A stretch of 64,000 nt of DNA, taken from an uncultured Actinomycetota bacterium. Its GTDB lineage: Bacteria; Actinomycetota; Actinomycetes; JACCUZ01. Positions 19,940-29,240 of the stretch are shown here, in pieces. The stretch covers positions 121,378-185,377 of the forward strand of contig CAWARY010000018.1 in the NCBI GenBank assembly GCA_963784645.1, in the 5' to 3' direction. A program made the position numbers and the translations under genes. The first letter of the stretch is position 1. Every line of letters begins with the position of its first letter. The notes under the pieces were generated by a model. The model worked only from the letters and a program-made list of their open reading frames with translations, was not told the DNA's origin and searched no databases.

Positions 19940-20956
19940 ATGACGACGACTCCCGACGGTCCGCTGGCCGAGGAGCCCGAGGCCCGACCCACCTCGCCCG
20001 AGGACGCGGTGCTGCAGGAGGCCGAGTCGGTGCTCGAGCAGCTCGACCCGGCCGCCGAGACGAGCATGGACGTCCTCGACTCGTCCCGGCGGCTGCTCCT
20101 CGTGCACGCCCACCCCGACGACGAGACCATCGGCAACGGCGTGACGATGGCGCGGTACGCCGCCGAGGGCGCGCACGTCACCCTGGTCACCTGCACCCTC
20201 GGCGAGGAGGGAGAGGTGCTGGTTCCCGAGCTCGCACACCTCGCCGCCGACCAGGACGACCAGCTGGGTCAGCACCGGGTCGGAGAGCTGGCCACCGCCA
20301 TGGAGGCGCTCGGCGTGCGCGACCACCGGTTCCTCGGCGGCCCGGGCCGGTTCCGCGACTCGGGGATGATGGGGCTGCCGACCAACGACCGGCCGGACAC
20401 GTTCTGGCGGGCCGACCTCGACGAGGCCGCCGGGCTGCTGGTGGAGGTCATCCGCGAGGTCCGCCCGCAGGTGGTCGTCACCTACGACGAGAACGGCGGC
20501 TACGGCCACCCCGACCACATCCAGGCGCACCGCACCGCGATGCGCGCCGTCGAGCTCGCCGCCGACCCGGCGCACGGGACGCGCGAGCCGTGGCAGGTGT
20601 CGAAGGTCTACTGGAACGCCATGCCGGAGTCGGTCATGCGCGACGGGGTCCTGAAGCTGCGCGCGGCGGGCGACACGTCCTTCGACGACTGGGACCTCGA
20701 CGACCTGCCCAGCTTCATCGTCCCCGACTCGGCCATCACGGCGGTCGTCGAGGGCATGGACCACGTCGAGGCCAAGCTGGCCGCGATGCGGGCGCACGCC
20801 ACCCAGATCACCGTCGACGGGCCGTTCTTCGCACTGTCGAACAACCTCGGCAACCAGGTGTGGGGCCTCGAGCACTACCGGCTGGTGCAGGGGACGCCCG
20901 GCACGGAGCGTGACGCCGACGGCCGCGAGACCGATCTCTTCGCCGGGATCGGCTGA
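19940..20956 (+). CDS. mshB: LmbE-family deacetylase, most likely mycothiol biosynthesis MshB (Mca not excluded)
   Basis: ATG at 19940. [23 protein letters not shown]...[16 protein letters not shown]. Synteny with typA and ferredoxin as around Rv1170. Confidence 0.75.
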   Translation: MTTTPDGPLAEEPEARPTSPEDAVLQEAESVLEQLDPAAETSMDVLDSSRRLLLVHAHPDDETIGNGVTMARYAAEGAHVTLVTCTLGEEGEVLVPELAHLAADQDDQLGQHRVGELATAMEALGVRDHRFLGGPGRFRDSGMMGLPTNDRPDTFWRADLDEAAGLLVEVIREVRPQVVVTYDENGGYGHPDHIQAHRTAMRAVELAADPAHGTREPWQVSKVYWNAMPESVMRDGVLKLRAAGDTSFDDWDLDDLPSFIVPDSAITAVVEGMDHVEAKLAAMRAHATQITVDGPFFALSNNLGNQVWGLEHYRLVQGTPGTERDADGRETDLFAGIG

Positions 20957-21219
20957 CCAGCACGCCGCAACCGTTCACGGTGCGTCACCGGCGGTGAGGG
21001 TGAGTGGGCCGAACGGGTGACCCGTATCTCGCATCCGGGTGAACCCGGGCACCGGGGTGTTCCGTTCGTCGGATGCCGGGCGAGACTTCCCGCAGATGCT
21101 CGTCCGCCTGACCAGGTGCTCGGCACGACGGCCCCCGGGGCTGATGCTCCGTCGGGGTGCTGCTGCCCCTCCTGCTCCGCGCTGACGGGACGGGGTCGTC
21201 ACGAGGAGCTGGAGGGGAC

Positions 21220-23238
21220 ATGCTGCGGACGCCGCGGTTGCTGGGGAAGAGGTCGTCGCAGGACGAGCTCGGGAACGGGACGCACCGGCAGACCCCTGCA
21301 GGCGGGTTGGTCGACCTGGAGGCCACCGCCGACGGCGGTGACGTGGGCCGCTCGCGCGAGGAGCTGCGCCGCACCCGGCTGCTGCGGCTGGTCCTGTGGG
21401 GCGGCCCGCTCGTCGCCTACCTCTGGTTCCGCATCGCCGCAGGCAATCCGGTCGACCTGTTCCGGTTCCCGCACGTCGACCCGCTGATCCTCATGCCGGG
21501 CCTCTTCTTCGGCGCGCTCATCCTGCTGCTGGGCGGGCAGTTCTTCTTCACCGGCCGGTCTCCCCACCAGATGATCCGCCCCGAGCAGATCGACGCGCGG
21601 CTGGCCGACGTCGTCGGCATCGACGTCGTCAAGGACGAGGTCGTCAAGTCGCTGCAGCTGTTCCTCGCCCACCGCAGCTTCGCCCGCGAGATGGGCGGCC
21701 GGCCGCGCCGCGGCCTGCTCTTCGAGGGCGGCCCGGGCACCGGCAAGACGTACACGGCGAAAGCGCTCGCGGCCGAGGCCGGCGTGCCGTTCCTGTTCGC
21801 GACCGCCACGTCCTTCCAGTCCGGCCTGCAGGGCGCGACCGCGCGCAAGGTGCGCAACTACTTCCGCACCCTGCGCAAGGCCGCCCGCAAGCACGGCGGC
21901 GCGGTCGGTTTCATCGACGAGTTCGACGCGATCGGTCACGCCCGCAGCGGCATGGCGTCAGGGATGACCCCGGCACCGTCCGTCGCGTCGCTCCCGATGA
22001 GCTGCGGCGGGCTCGAGGGGCTCCCGATGATGGTCTCGCAGTCACTCTCGGCCGCACCCGCTACCACGACCTCGCCGTTCACCGGGAGCGGCGACCTCGG
22101 GGCCGGGGTCAACGAGCTGCTGGTCCAGATGCAGTCGTTCGAGGAGGCCACCGGCTCCGAGAAGCTGGTGGGGAAGCTCGTCGACGCGATCAACCTGCTG
22201 CTGCCGCCGCACCGCCAGCTCACCGGGCCGGCCGGCAAGCCCGCCAACATCCTGCTCATCGCCTCGACCAACCGTGCCGACCAGCTCGACCCGGCGCTGC
22301 TGCGCCCCGGCCGGTTCGACCGGCGGCTCACCTTCGAGCTCCCCGCCAAGGTCAGTCGGCGGCAGCTCATCGACCACTTCCTCGCCCGCAAGGCGCACGA
22401 CGAGGAGCTGGACACCGACGAGCGCCGCGACGCCCTCGCCGCCGTCACCCAGGGGTACAGCCCGGCCATGCTCGAGGGCCTCATGGACGAGGCGCTGATC
22501 CAGGCCGTCCGCGGTCGCCGCCCGCGGATGTCCTGGGCCGACGTCGAGCACGCCCGGCTGCAGGTCGACGTCGGGCTCGGGCAGCCGGTCGCCTACACGG
22601 CGCACGAGAGCCGGCTGATCGCGACCCACGAGGCCGGCCACGCGACCGTCGCGTGGCTCGTCGCCCCGGAGCGTCGGCTGGAGATCCTCACGATCATCAA
22701 GCGCAGCGGCTCGCTCGGCCTGCTCGCGCACGGTGACAAGGAGGACGTCTACACCCGCTCCCGCAAGGAGCTCACCGGACTGATCCAGATCGCCATGGGC
22801 GGCCAGGTCGCCGAGGAGCTGTTCTTCGGCGACGTGTCCACGGGCCCGTCCGGCGACCTCATGCAGGCGACCGGCGTCGCCGCGCAGATGGTCGGCGCCG
22901 CCGGCATGACCGACACCCTGGTGTCGTACGCCGCCGTGCAGAACGGCGCCTTCAGCGAGACCAACCTGGTCGGCCGGGTGCTCGGCGACAGCGACGGCCG
23001 GCGCCGCGTCGAGGAGCTGCTGCAGCGCCAGAAGACGGTGGTGCGTGGCCTGCTCGACGCGAACCAGCACCTCGTCGCTGCCCTGCGGGACGCCCTGCTG
23101 GAGAAGCACGAGCTGATCGGCGGAGAGATCGCGGCGGTGCTGGAGAAGGCTGCCGCCGCCGGTCCCCGGCCCTCCTCGATCGGGGACCGGACGATCGACC
23201 TGCGCCGCACGCAGCCCGAGGTCAGCCCGGAGGCCTGA
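21220..23238 (+). CDS. FtsH-like membrane AAA+ zinc metalloprotease (divergent paralog)
   Basis: ATG at 21220 after GGAGG. Two N-terminal TM segments. Walker A GGPGTGKT, Walker B GFIDEFD, SRH ASTNRADQLDPALLRPGRFDRR, zinc site HEAGHA. ~45-aa insertion after Walker B. Confidence 0.85.
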   Translation: MLRTPRLLGKRSSQDELGNGTHRQTPAGGLVDLEATADGGDVGRSREELRRTRLLRLVLWGGPLVAYLWFRIAAGNPVDLFRFPHVDPLILMPGLFFGALILLLGGQFFFTGRSPHQMIRPEQIDARLADVVGIDVVKDEVVKSLQLFLAHRSFAREMGGRPRRGLLFEGGPGTGKTYTAKALAAEAGVPFLFATATSFQSGLQGATARKVRNYFRTLRKAARKHGGAVGFIDEFDAIGHARSGMASGMTPAPSVASLPMSCGGLEGLPMMVSQSLSAAPATTTSPFTGSGDLGAGVNELLVQMQSFEEATGSEKLVGKLVDAINLLLPPHRQLTGPAGKPANILLIASTNRADQLDPALLRPGRFDRRLTFELPAKVSRRQLIDHFLARKAHDEELDTDERRDALAAVTQGYSPAMLEGLMDEALIQAVRGRRPRMSWADVEHARLQVDVGLGQPVAYTAHESRLIATHEAGHATVAWLVAPERRLEILTIIKRSGSLGLLAHGDKEDVYTRSRKELTGLIQIAMGGQVAEELFFGDVSTGPSGDLMQATGVAAQMVGAAGMTDTLVSYAAVQNGAFSETNLVGRVLGDSDGRRRVEELLQRQKTVVRGLLDANQHLVAALRDALLEKHELIGGEIAAVLEKAAAAGPRPSSIGDRTIDLRRTQPEVSPEA

Positions 23239-23278
23239 GCCGGCCGGGCGGCTGTCCCCCTCGCCGTAGGGTGCCGGG

Positions 23279-23674
23279 GTGCCCGCCGCCGTCCGTGTCC
23301 TGCTGCTCGTCCCGGCAGCGCTGGCCGGGGCAGCGGCGGGGCTGCTCGGCTCCTTCGGGCACGCGCTGGAACCCGTCGGGCTGCCCGTGGGACTGCTGGT
23401 CGGCTGGGGGCTCAGCGTCGCGGTCTTCGTCACCTGCGGCCTGGTGACCGGCCGGCCGGGTGCCGCGGCGGCGGTGGGGGGCTGGCTGGTCGTCGTCCTG
23501 CTGCTCAGCACCCAGCGACCGGAGGGTGACCTCGTGGTCGCCGGTTCGGCCGTGGGCTACCTGTGGCTGCTCGGTGGCTTCGTGCTCGCCGGCGGCTGCC
23601 TCGTCCCCCGCTACGCCCGCGGGGGCCGACCTCCGACCCGGCTGCCTTCAGCGGACGCCGAGGACGGCCGATGA
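23279..23674 (+). CDS. Small hydrophobic membrane protein (4 predicted TM segments), function unknown
   Basis: 131 aa, GTG start. VLLLVPAALAGAAAGLLG.., GLLVGWGLSVAVFVTCGLV.., GGWLVVVLLLS.., YLWLLGGFVLAGGCLV. Confidence 0.55.
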   Translation: MPAAVRVLLLVPAALAGAAAGLLGSFGHALEPVGLPVGLLVGWGLSVAVFVTCGLVTGRPGAAAAVGGWLVVVLLLSTQRPEGDLVVAGSAVGYLWLLGGFVLAGGCLVPRYARGGRPPTRLPSADAEDGR

Positions 23675-23681
23675 CAGCGGT

Positions 23682-24200
23682 GTGGGCACCCCGACGACGC
23701 TGATGACCGCGGCGCCGCCGTTCGCCGAGGACGAGACGGTCGCCGGTCGGGCGGCAGGCGGCATCCTGCTCCGGCTGGGCTCCTCGCGCTACGCCGTCGA
23801 CATGGCCGACGTGGCCGAGGTGGCGGCGGTCCCGGGCATCTCCCGGGTCCCCGGCTCGCCGCCGTGGCTGTCCGGTGTCGCCAACTGGCGCGGCCGGATG
23901 CTGCCCGTCCTGGACCTGCGCACCCTCCTGTCGACCCCCGTGGTGCCGTTGGCCAGCAGCGCCCGGCTCGTGGTGCTGTCCCGAGACGACGTGGTGGTCG
24001 GACTCGTCGCGGAGGCCGTCCCGGGCGTGCTCGACGGCGCACTGGACCACCTGGCCCCGGCGCCCCCCACCCTCGGGGCGGGCGCCGGCCTGCTGGTGGT
24101 GGGCCAGCTCAACGACCGGCACGGTCCGGTCGCCGTCCTCGACGCCGGTGCGGTGCTCGCGCTCCGCGACCGGGTCGACCGCCGCCGCCACGGCAGCTGA
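23682..24200 (+). CDS. cheW: CheW-like coupling protein
   Basis: ..ILLRLGSSRYAVDMADVAEVAAVPGISRVPGSPPWLSGVANWRGRMLPVLDLRTLL...LVVL.. is the typical CheW pattern. Start could be GTG 23682 or ATG 23703. Confidence 0.8.
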   Translation: MGTPTTLMTAAPPFAEDETVAGRAAGGILLRLGSSRYAVDMADVAEVAAVPGISRVPGSPPWLSGVANWRGRMLPVLDLRTLLSTPVVPLASSARLVVLSRDDVVVGLVAEAVPGVLDGALDHLAPAPPTLGAGAGLLVVGQLNDRHGPVAVLDAGAVLALRDRVDRRRHGS

Positions 24201-24305
24201 GCGCGCCGAGGGGTCCGAGACGTTCATCCGTCCGGCCTACAGAACGCGGCCGCCACGCCCGATGAAGCGGTGACGGCTCGGTGCCGCTCATCGGGCCCTG
24301 GAGGC

Positions 24306-25856
24306 ATGGTGGAGTTCTGGAAGAGGCTCAACGGCGCGTCGTCGGTCTCCCTCGCGGTGACCCTCGTCGGTGCCGCTGTCGCCGTGCTGCTCGACCACGC
24401 GGCAGGGGCGACGTACTCGCTGACGTCGGCCGGCCTGTGGGTCGGGGTCGGGCTGGTGAGCGCCGGGGGACTGGCGGCGCTCACGCTGTTCGGTGAGCGT
24501 CTCGTCGGTGAGCGGCTGCTGGTCGAGCGCTACCGGGCTGCGCTCATCGTCGCGAACATCATCTGGATCGCCGGGCTGGTCGCCAGCACCGGCGGGGTCG
24601 ACCGCCCCTACTGGGCCCTCATGGCCGCGCCGCTGCTCATCGCCGCCGTCTCCATGTCGCGCGTCCGGAGCTTCCTCATCGGCTGCGTCGCCACCGGCGC
24701 CACCACTGTCGCGATCCTTGCCGCCGGGCCGATCACCACGAACGAGGTGAGCTTCCTCGTCCTGGTGCTGCCGCTGGGGCCGGGCATCACCTGGTTCGTC
24801 GGCATGCTCTGCGGAGCGGTGTGGGACGAGCGCCGGGTTGCCGCCGAGGAGCGGGACGAGCTCAGCCGTCGCGTCGACGAGCTGTCCGACGTCCTGGCCC
24901 GGGCCGCGGAGGGCGACCTCGCGGTGACCGTCCAGTCCGACTCGACCGTGAACGACTCGGTGCGCGCGCTCACCGACTCCTTCAACAACACGCTGCTCAA
25001 CCTGCGTGAGCTGGTCGACCAGATCCGCTCCGGCGGCGACCAGATCTCGTCCAGTGCCGGCGAGCTGCTCGCGACGGCCGAGGAGCACGCCGCGAGCGCG
25101 ACCCAGCAGTCGTCGGCGGTCGCCGAGACCACCTCGACGATCGAGGAGCTGGCGGCCACCGCGGCGCAGATCGCCGACACCGCGGAGTCCGTCGCACGCT
25201 ACGCCGCCGAGACCCTCCGGCACGCCGAGGACGGCCGTACCGCCGTCGCCACGTCGGTGAACGCGATGGACGCCATCGCCGAGCGGGTGACGACCATCGC
25301 GACCCGGGCGCTGTCGCTGGGGGAGAAGGGTCAGGAGATCGGCCGGATCCTCACGGTCATCGACGACCTCGCCGACCAGACCAACCTGCTGGCCCTGAAC
25401 GCCGCCATCGAGGCGGCCCGCGCCGGCGAGCACGGCCGCGGCTTCGCCGTCGTCGCGTCCGAGGTGCGCAAGCTCGCCGAGCGCTCCCAGGAGTCGGCGG
25501 GCCAGATCCAGGCGATCGTCACCCAGATCCAGGCCGAGACCAGCGCGACGATCCTCGCCAGCGAGGAGGGTGCCAAGGAGGTGCGCAGCGGCGCCTCGCT
25601 GGCCCGCGAGGTCGTCGACGCGCTCGAGCGGATCAGCGGGATGGTCGACGAGACCACCACCGCGGCCAAGGAGATCTCGATCGCCACCCAGCAGCAGCGG
25701 TCGGCGTCCGACCAGGTGGTGTCCGCGATGACGCAGGTCTCGGACGTCTCCCGGCAGTACGCCGTGGGCTCGAAGCAGTCCGCGGCGGCCGCCGCGCAGC
25801 TCAACGTCCTGGCCGCCGAGCTCCGCTCCTCGATCGAGCAGTTCCGCGTCTCGTGA
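24306..25856 (+). CDS. Methyl-accepting chemotaxis protein with a multi-TM N-terminus and no large extracytoplasmic domain
   Basis: Signalling hairpin tip [40 protein letters not shown]-like ..[21 protein letters not shown]... ~170-aa N-terminal block of consecutive hydrophobic helices. Confidence 0.9.
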   Translation: MVEFWKRLNGASSVSLAVTLVGAAVAVLLDHAAGATYSLTSAGLWVGVGLVSAGGLAALTLFGERLVGERLLVERYRAALIVANIIWIAGLVASTGGVDRPYWALMAAPLLIAAVSMSRVRSFLIGCVATGATTVAILAAGPITTNEVSFLVLVLPLGPGITWFVGMLCGAVWDERRVAAEERDELSRRVDELSDVLARAAEGDLAVTVQSDSTVNDSVRALTDSFNNTLLNLRELVDQIRSGGDQISSSAGELLATAEEHAASATQQSSAVAETTSTIEELAATAAQIADTAESVARYAAETLRHAEDGRTAVATSVNAMDAIAERVTTIATRALSLGEKGQEIGRILTVIDDLADQTNLLALNAAIEAARAGEHGRGFAVVASEVRKLAERSQESAGQIQAIVTQIQAETSATILASEEGAKEVRSGASLAREVVDALERISGMVDETTTAAKEISIATQQQRSASDQVVSAMTQVSDVSRQYAVGSKQSAAAAAQLNVLAAELRSSIEQFRVS

Positions 25857-25873
25857 CCCCCGCACCCCGGTAC

Positions 25874-25917
25874 TTGTCAGCCGCAGGACGTGGTATTCGG
25901 CGTCCTGCGGCTGACAA
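25874..25917 (+). terminator. Perfect 17-bp hairpin between the MCP and cheA genes
   Basis: TTGTCAGCCGCAGGACG tggtattcgg CGTCCTGCGGCTGACAA. No T-tract. Confidence 0.5.
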
Positions 25918-25937
25918 CCGCGTGGGGGCGGTCCGCG

Positions 25938-28154
25938 ATGTCGTGGGCTGACGACCCGGAGCTGGTCGCGACCTTCCGCGCCGAGGTCGAGGACCGGCTG
26001 GCGTCGTTGTGCGAGGGGCTGCTGAAGCTCGAGGCGCACCCGGCGCCGAGGCAGCTCGTCGCGGGCCTGTTCCGGGACGCGCACACCGTCAAGGGCTCGG
26101 CCCGGATGCTCGGGCTGGACGGGGTCGTCGACGTCGCGCACCGCGCCGAGGACCTGCTCGGCGCGCTCAAGGACGGCCGGCTGGCCGTGCGCACCGACCT
26201 GGTGGACGTCCTGCTCGTCTCGGCCGAGAGCATCGGCCGGTCGCTGCCCGGCTCGCCCCGGCCGGTGTCGCCGGACGAGCTCGCCGCCGTGGTGGCTGCG
26301 CTGGACAGCGCGGTGGCGGGAGACGACCCGGTGGCCGTCCCGCGGCTGGCCGACGAGGAGGCGGCGGACGGCGACGACGCCGACCCCCGGGCCGGCCGCA
26401 GCGACTCGATCCGCGTGCCGACCAGGCGCGTGCACGACCTGCTCGACGTGGTGGGGGAGGCCGAGCTCGACGTCCGGCGGCTGGCCCGGCACGGGCGCGA
26501 GGTCGCCGGTCTGGCGGTCGAGCACCAGCGGGCCGCCCACACCGTGCGCGAGCTGCTCTCCTCGACCACCGACAAGGCGCTGCTGGACGCGCTGCACGGC
26601 CTGGTCGCCGTCGGCGACCAGCTCGGCGCCGCCGGCCGCGACCTGCTCGGCCGGTCGGACGACGCCCAGGACCGGCTGGCCGGCGTGCGCGACGGTGCGA
26701 TGGGCCTGGCGATGGTCCCCCTGCGCCGCGTCCTCGCCGGCTTCCCCCAGCTGGTGCGCGAGCTCTCGGCCGCCGGCGGCCCGGACGAGCCGGCCAAGGA
26801 CGTCCACCTGGTGCTGGTGGGGCAGGACGTCGAGCTGGACAGCCGCGTGCTGGACGCCGTCGCCGACTCGCTGCGGCACCTCGTGATCAACGCGATCGAC
26901 CACGGGTGCGAGGCACCCGGCGACCGGGTGCAGGCCGGCAAGCCGACCCAGGCGACCGTCACGGTCTCCGCCCGGGCGGCCGGCTCCACCGTGGTCATCG
27001 AGGTCTCCGACGACGGCCGCGGCGTGGACGAGGACGCCCTGCGCGCCCTGGCCGTCGCCCGCGGCGTCCTGCCGGCGGACTCGGCAGCCGCCGGCCCGGC
27101 CCTGCTGCAGGTGCTCTTCTCGCCGGGGTTCTCCACCCGTGACGAGGTCACCCGCACCTCCGGCCGCGGAGTGGGCCTGGACGTCGTGAGAACCGTCGTC
27201 GGGGACCTCAGCGGCAGCATCGAGGTGCGCGCCGTGCCCGGCGCCGGCACGACCTTCACGATCAGCCTCCCCGTCACCCTCGGCGTCCTGCGCTGCCTCA
27301 TCGCCCGGGTCGGCGACGAGCGCTACGCGCTGCCCGTCTCCGGCGTGCTGGAGACGCTCGGGCTGGCGACCGCCGAACGGCACGAGGTCGCCGGCGTCCC
27401 GGTGATCGCGCGCGACGGCCGCACCATGCCGCTGGTCGACCTCGGCGGTGTCCTGGCGGTCCCCGGCGCGCGCAACCCGCGGGCGGCGCTCGTCGTCCAG
27501 CACGGCGGGTCCGGCGACCTGCTCGCCTTCGCCGTCGACGAGCTCGAGGGCGAGCGTGAGGTCGTGGTCAAGGAGCTCGGCCCGTTCCTCGGCCGGCTGC
27601 CCACCGTGGCCGGCGCCACCATCGACGGCGACGGGAGCGTCGTGCTCGTGCTCGACGTGCGCGAGCTCGCGGTCCGTCAGCTCGCGACCGCCGGCACGTC
27701 GGCGGCCCCGCCGGCGACCGCGACCTCGTCCCCACGCCGCACGGCGGGTGGCGCCGCCCTGCCGGGTGAGCGCTCGACCGGCAGCCGGCCCACCGTCCTC
27801 GTGGTGGAGGACTCGGTCGGCGTCCGCGAGCTGCAGCGGGTGATCCTCGAGAGTGCCGGCTACGAGGTCCGCACCGCGGTCGACGGGCTGGACGGTGCCG
27901 CGCACCTGCGCGAGGACCCCGTGGACCTGGTCCTGTCCGACGTGGAGATGCCGGGCATGGACGGCTTCACGCTCACCCGGACGCTGCGCGCCACCCGCGG
28001 CTGGGAGAACGTCCCGGTAGTGATCATGACCTCGCGCGGCGACGAGGCCGACCAGCGGGCCGGGCTCGACGCAGGTGCCAGCGCCTACCTGCTCAAGAGC
28101 GAGTTCGATCAGGCCGAACTCATCGATACGGTCCGTCGCCTGCTCGGGCGCTGA
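25938..28154 (+). CDS. cheA: Hybrid CheA histidine kinase with fused C-terminal receiver (Hpt - dimerisation - HATPase - CheW-like - REC)
   Basis: Hpt FRDAHTVKGSARMLG. H-kinase ..IRVPTRRVHDLLDVVGE.., HLVINAIDHG, DDGRGVD, GRGVGLDVV. P5 ..VGDERYALPVSGVLE... REC TVLVVEDSVGVRE..LVLSDVEMPGMDG..VVIMTS..YLLKS. Confidence 0.9.
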   Translation: MSWADDPELVATFRAEVEDRLASLCEGLLKLEAHPAPRQLVAGLFRDAHTVKGSARMLGLDGVVDVAHRAEDLLGALKDGRLAVRTDLVDVLLVSAESIGRSLPGSPRPVSPDELAAVVAALDSAVAGDDPVAVPRLADEEAADGDDADPRAGRSDSIRVPTRRVHDLLDVVGEAELDVRRLARHGREVAGLAVEHQRAAHTVRELLSSTTDKALLDALHGLVAVGDQLGAAGRDLLGRSDDAQDRLAGVRDGAMGLAMVPLRRVLAGFPQLVRELSAAGGPDEPAKDVHLVLVGQDVELDSRVLDAVADSLRHLVINAIDHGCEAPGDRVQAGKPTQATVTVSARAAGSTVVIEVSDDGRGVDEDALRALAVARGVLPADSAAAGPALLQVLFSPGFSTRDEVTRTSGRGVGLDVVRTVVGDLSGSIEVRAVPGAGTTFTISLPVTLGVLRCLIARVGDERYALPVSGVLETLGLATAERHEVAGVPVIARDGRTMPLVDLGGVLAVPGARNPRAALVVQHGGSGDLLAFAVDELEGEREVVVKELGPFLGRLPTVAGATIDGDGSVVLVLDVRELAVRQLATAGTSAAPPATATSSPRRTAGGAALPGERSTGSRPTVLVVEDSVGVRELQRVILESAGYEVRTAVDGLDGAAHLREDPVDLVLSDVEMPGMDGFTLTRTLRATRGWENVPVVIMTSRGDEADQRAGLDAGASAYLLKSEFDQAELIDTVRRLLGR

Positions 28155-28193
28155 CCGGCGTACCCCTCCACGACCCAGATCCGAGGCCACCAG

Positions 28194-29162
28194 ATGCCCA
28201 CCGTGCTCATCGCCGACGACAGCCCCACGCTGCGCCGCATCGTGTCGACGGTGCTCGAGCGTGCCGGGCACACCGTGGTCATCGCCGAGGACGGCGTCGA
28301 GGCCGTGCAGGGAGCCTTCCGCACCCAGCCCGACGCCGTGATCCTCGACGTCCAGATGCCCCGCCTGTCGGGGTACGTCGCCGCCCGCCTGATCAAGGAC
28401 GACTGGCAGACCGCCGAGATCCCGGTCATCCTGCTCACCTCGCTGGACGCCGCCTCGGACCGCTACTGGGGCAAGCAGACCGGGGCAGACCGGTTCCTCA
28501 CCAAGGACTTCGAGGCACCCGAGCTGGTCGACGCCGTGGCCGAGGTCATCGCCCGCGCCGACGAGGCCCGCGGCGGCCGCCCGCCGCTGCGTCCGGACCC
28601 GGTGGAGCTCGGTGACGACGAGGTGATGGCGCGGGTGTCCGAGCTGTTGGACCGCAAGCTGTTCGAGGCGTCGGTCGCGGCCGAGGTCACCCAGATCGCC
28701 GCCGACGTGCACGGCTTCGAGGAGACGGTCGCCGCGGTGCTGGGCCTGCTCGGCCGGATCGTCGACTACGACCTGGCCGCCGTCTGCATGCTCGACGACC
28801 GGCTGACCTACCTCACCGTGGCCCGGGAGTCGTCGCAGCAGCAGTACAGCGAGTTCTTCGGCGCGATCGCCGACGCCGCCACCCAGGTGACCGGTGTCCC
28901 GGTGATGGTCCACGACCTGGTGCCGCGGGTCGCCGACCCGCAGGGCCTGCTCGGCCAGGACGACGAGGGCCGGATGGCGACGTTCCTGTCGATGCCGCTG
29001 CGGGCCGGTGGCCGGGTGGTCGGCTGCCTGGCGCTGTCGTCCGCGATCAAGAACGCGTTCGGCGAGGCGTCGCTCAACACGCTGCGGATCGTCGAGCAGC
29101 CGACGGCGGTCGTCATCAGCAACGCCCGGCTGGCCGGCTCCGCCGCCCAGGTGCCTGCCTGA
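28194..29162 (+). CDS. Response regulator: receiver domain fused to a GAF-like domain, no recognisable enzymatic or DNA-binding output
   Basis: REC MPTVLIADDSPTLRR..AVILDVQMPRLSG..VILLTS..FLTKD. C-terminal ..AVLGLLGRIVDYDLAAVCMLDD...FLSMPLRAGGRVVGCLALSS...IVEQPTAVVISNARL is a GAF-like pattern. Confidence 0.75.
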   Translation: MPTVLIADDSPTLRRIVSTVLERAGHTVVIAEDGVEAVQGAFRTQPDAVILDVQMPRLSGYVAARLIKDDWQTAEIPVILLTSLDAASDRYWGKQTGADRFLTKDFEAPELVDAVAEVIARADEARGGRPPLRPDPVELGDDEVMARVSELLDRKLFEASVAAEVTQIAADVHGFEETVAAVLGLLGRIVDYDLAAVCMLDDRLTYLTVARESSQQQYSEFFGAIADAATQVTGVPVMVHDLVPRVADPQGLLGQDDEGRMATFLSMPLRAGGRVVGCLALSSAIKNAFGEASLNTLRIVEQPTAVVISNARLAGSAAQVPA

Positions 29163-29240
29163 GTCCGTCGCTCGCCCCGCAACGCAAGCCCGGTCCGCCG
29201 AGCGGGGTGAAGCGCAGGCGCCGCGGGTAGGGTCGGGCCG

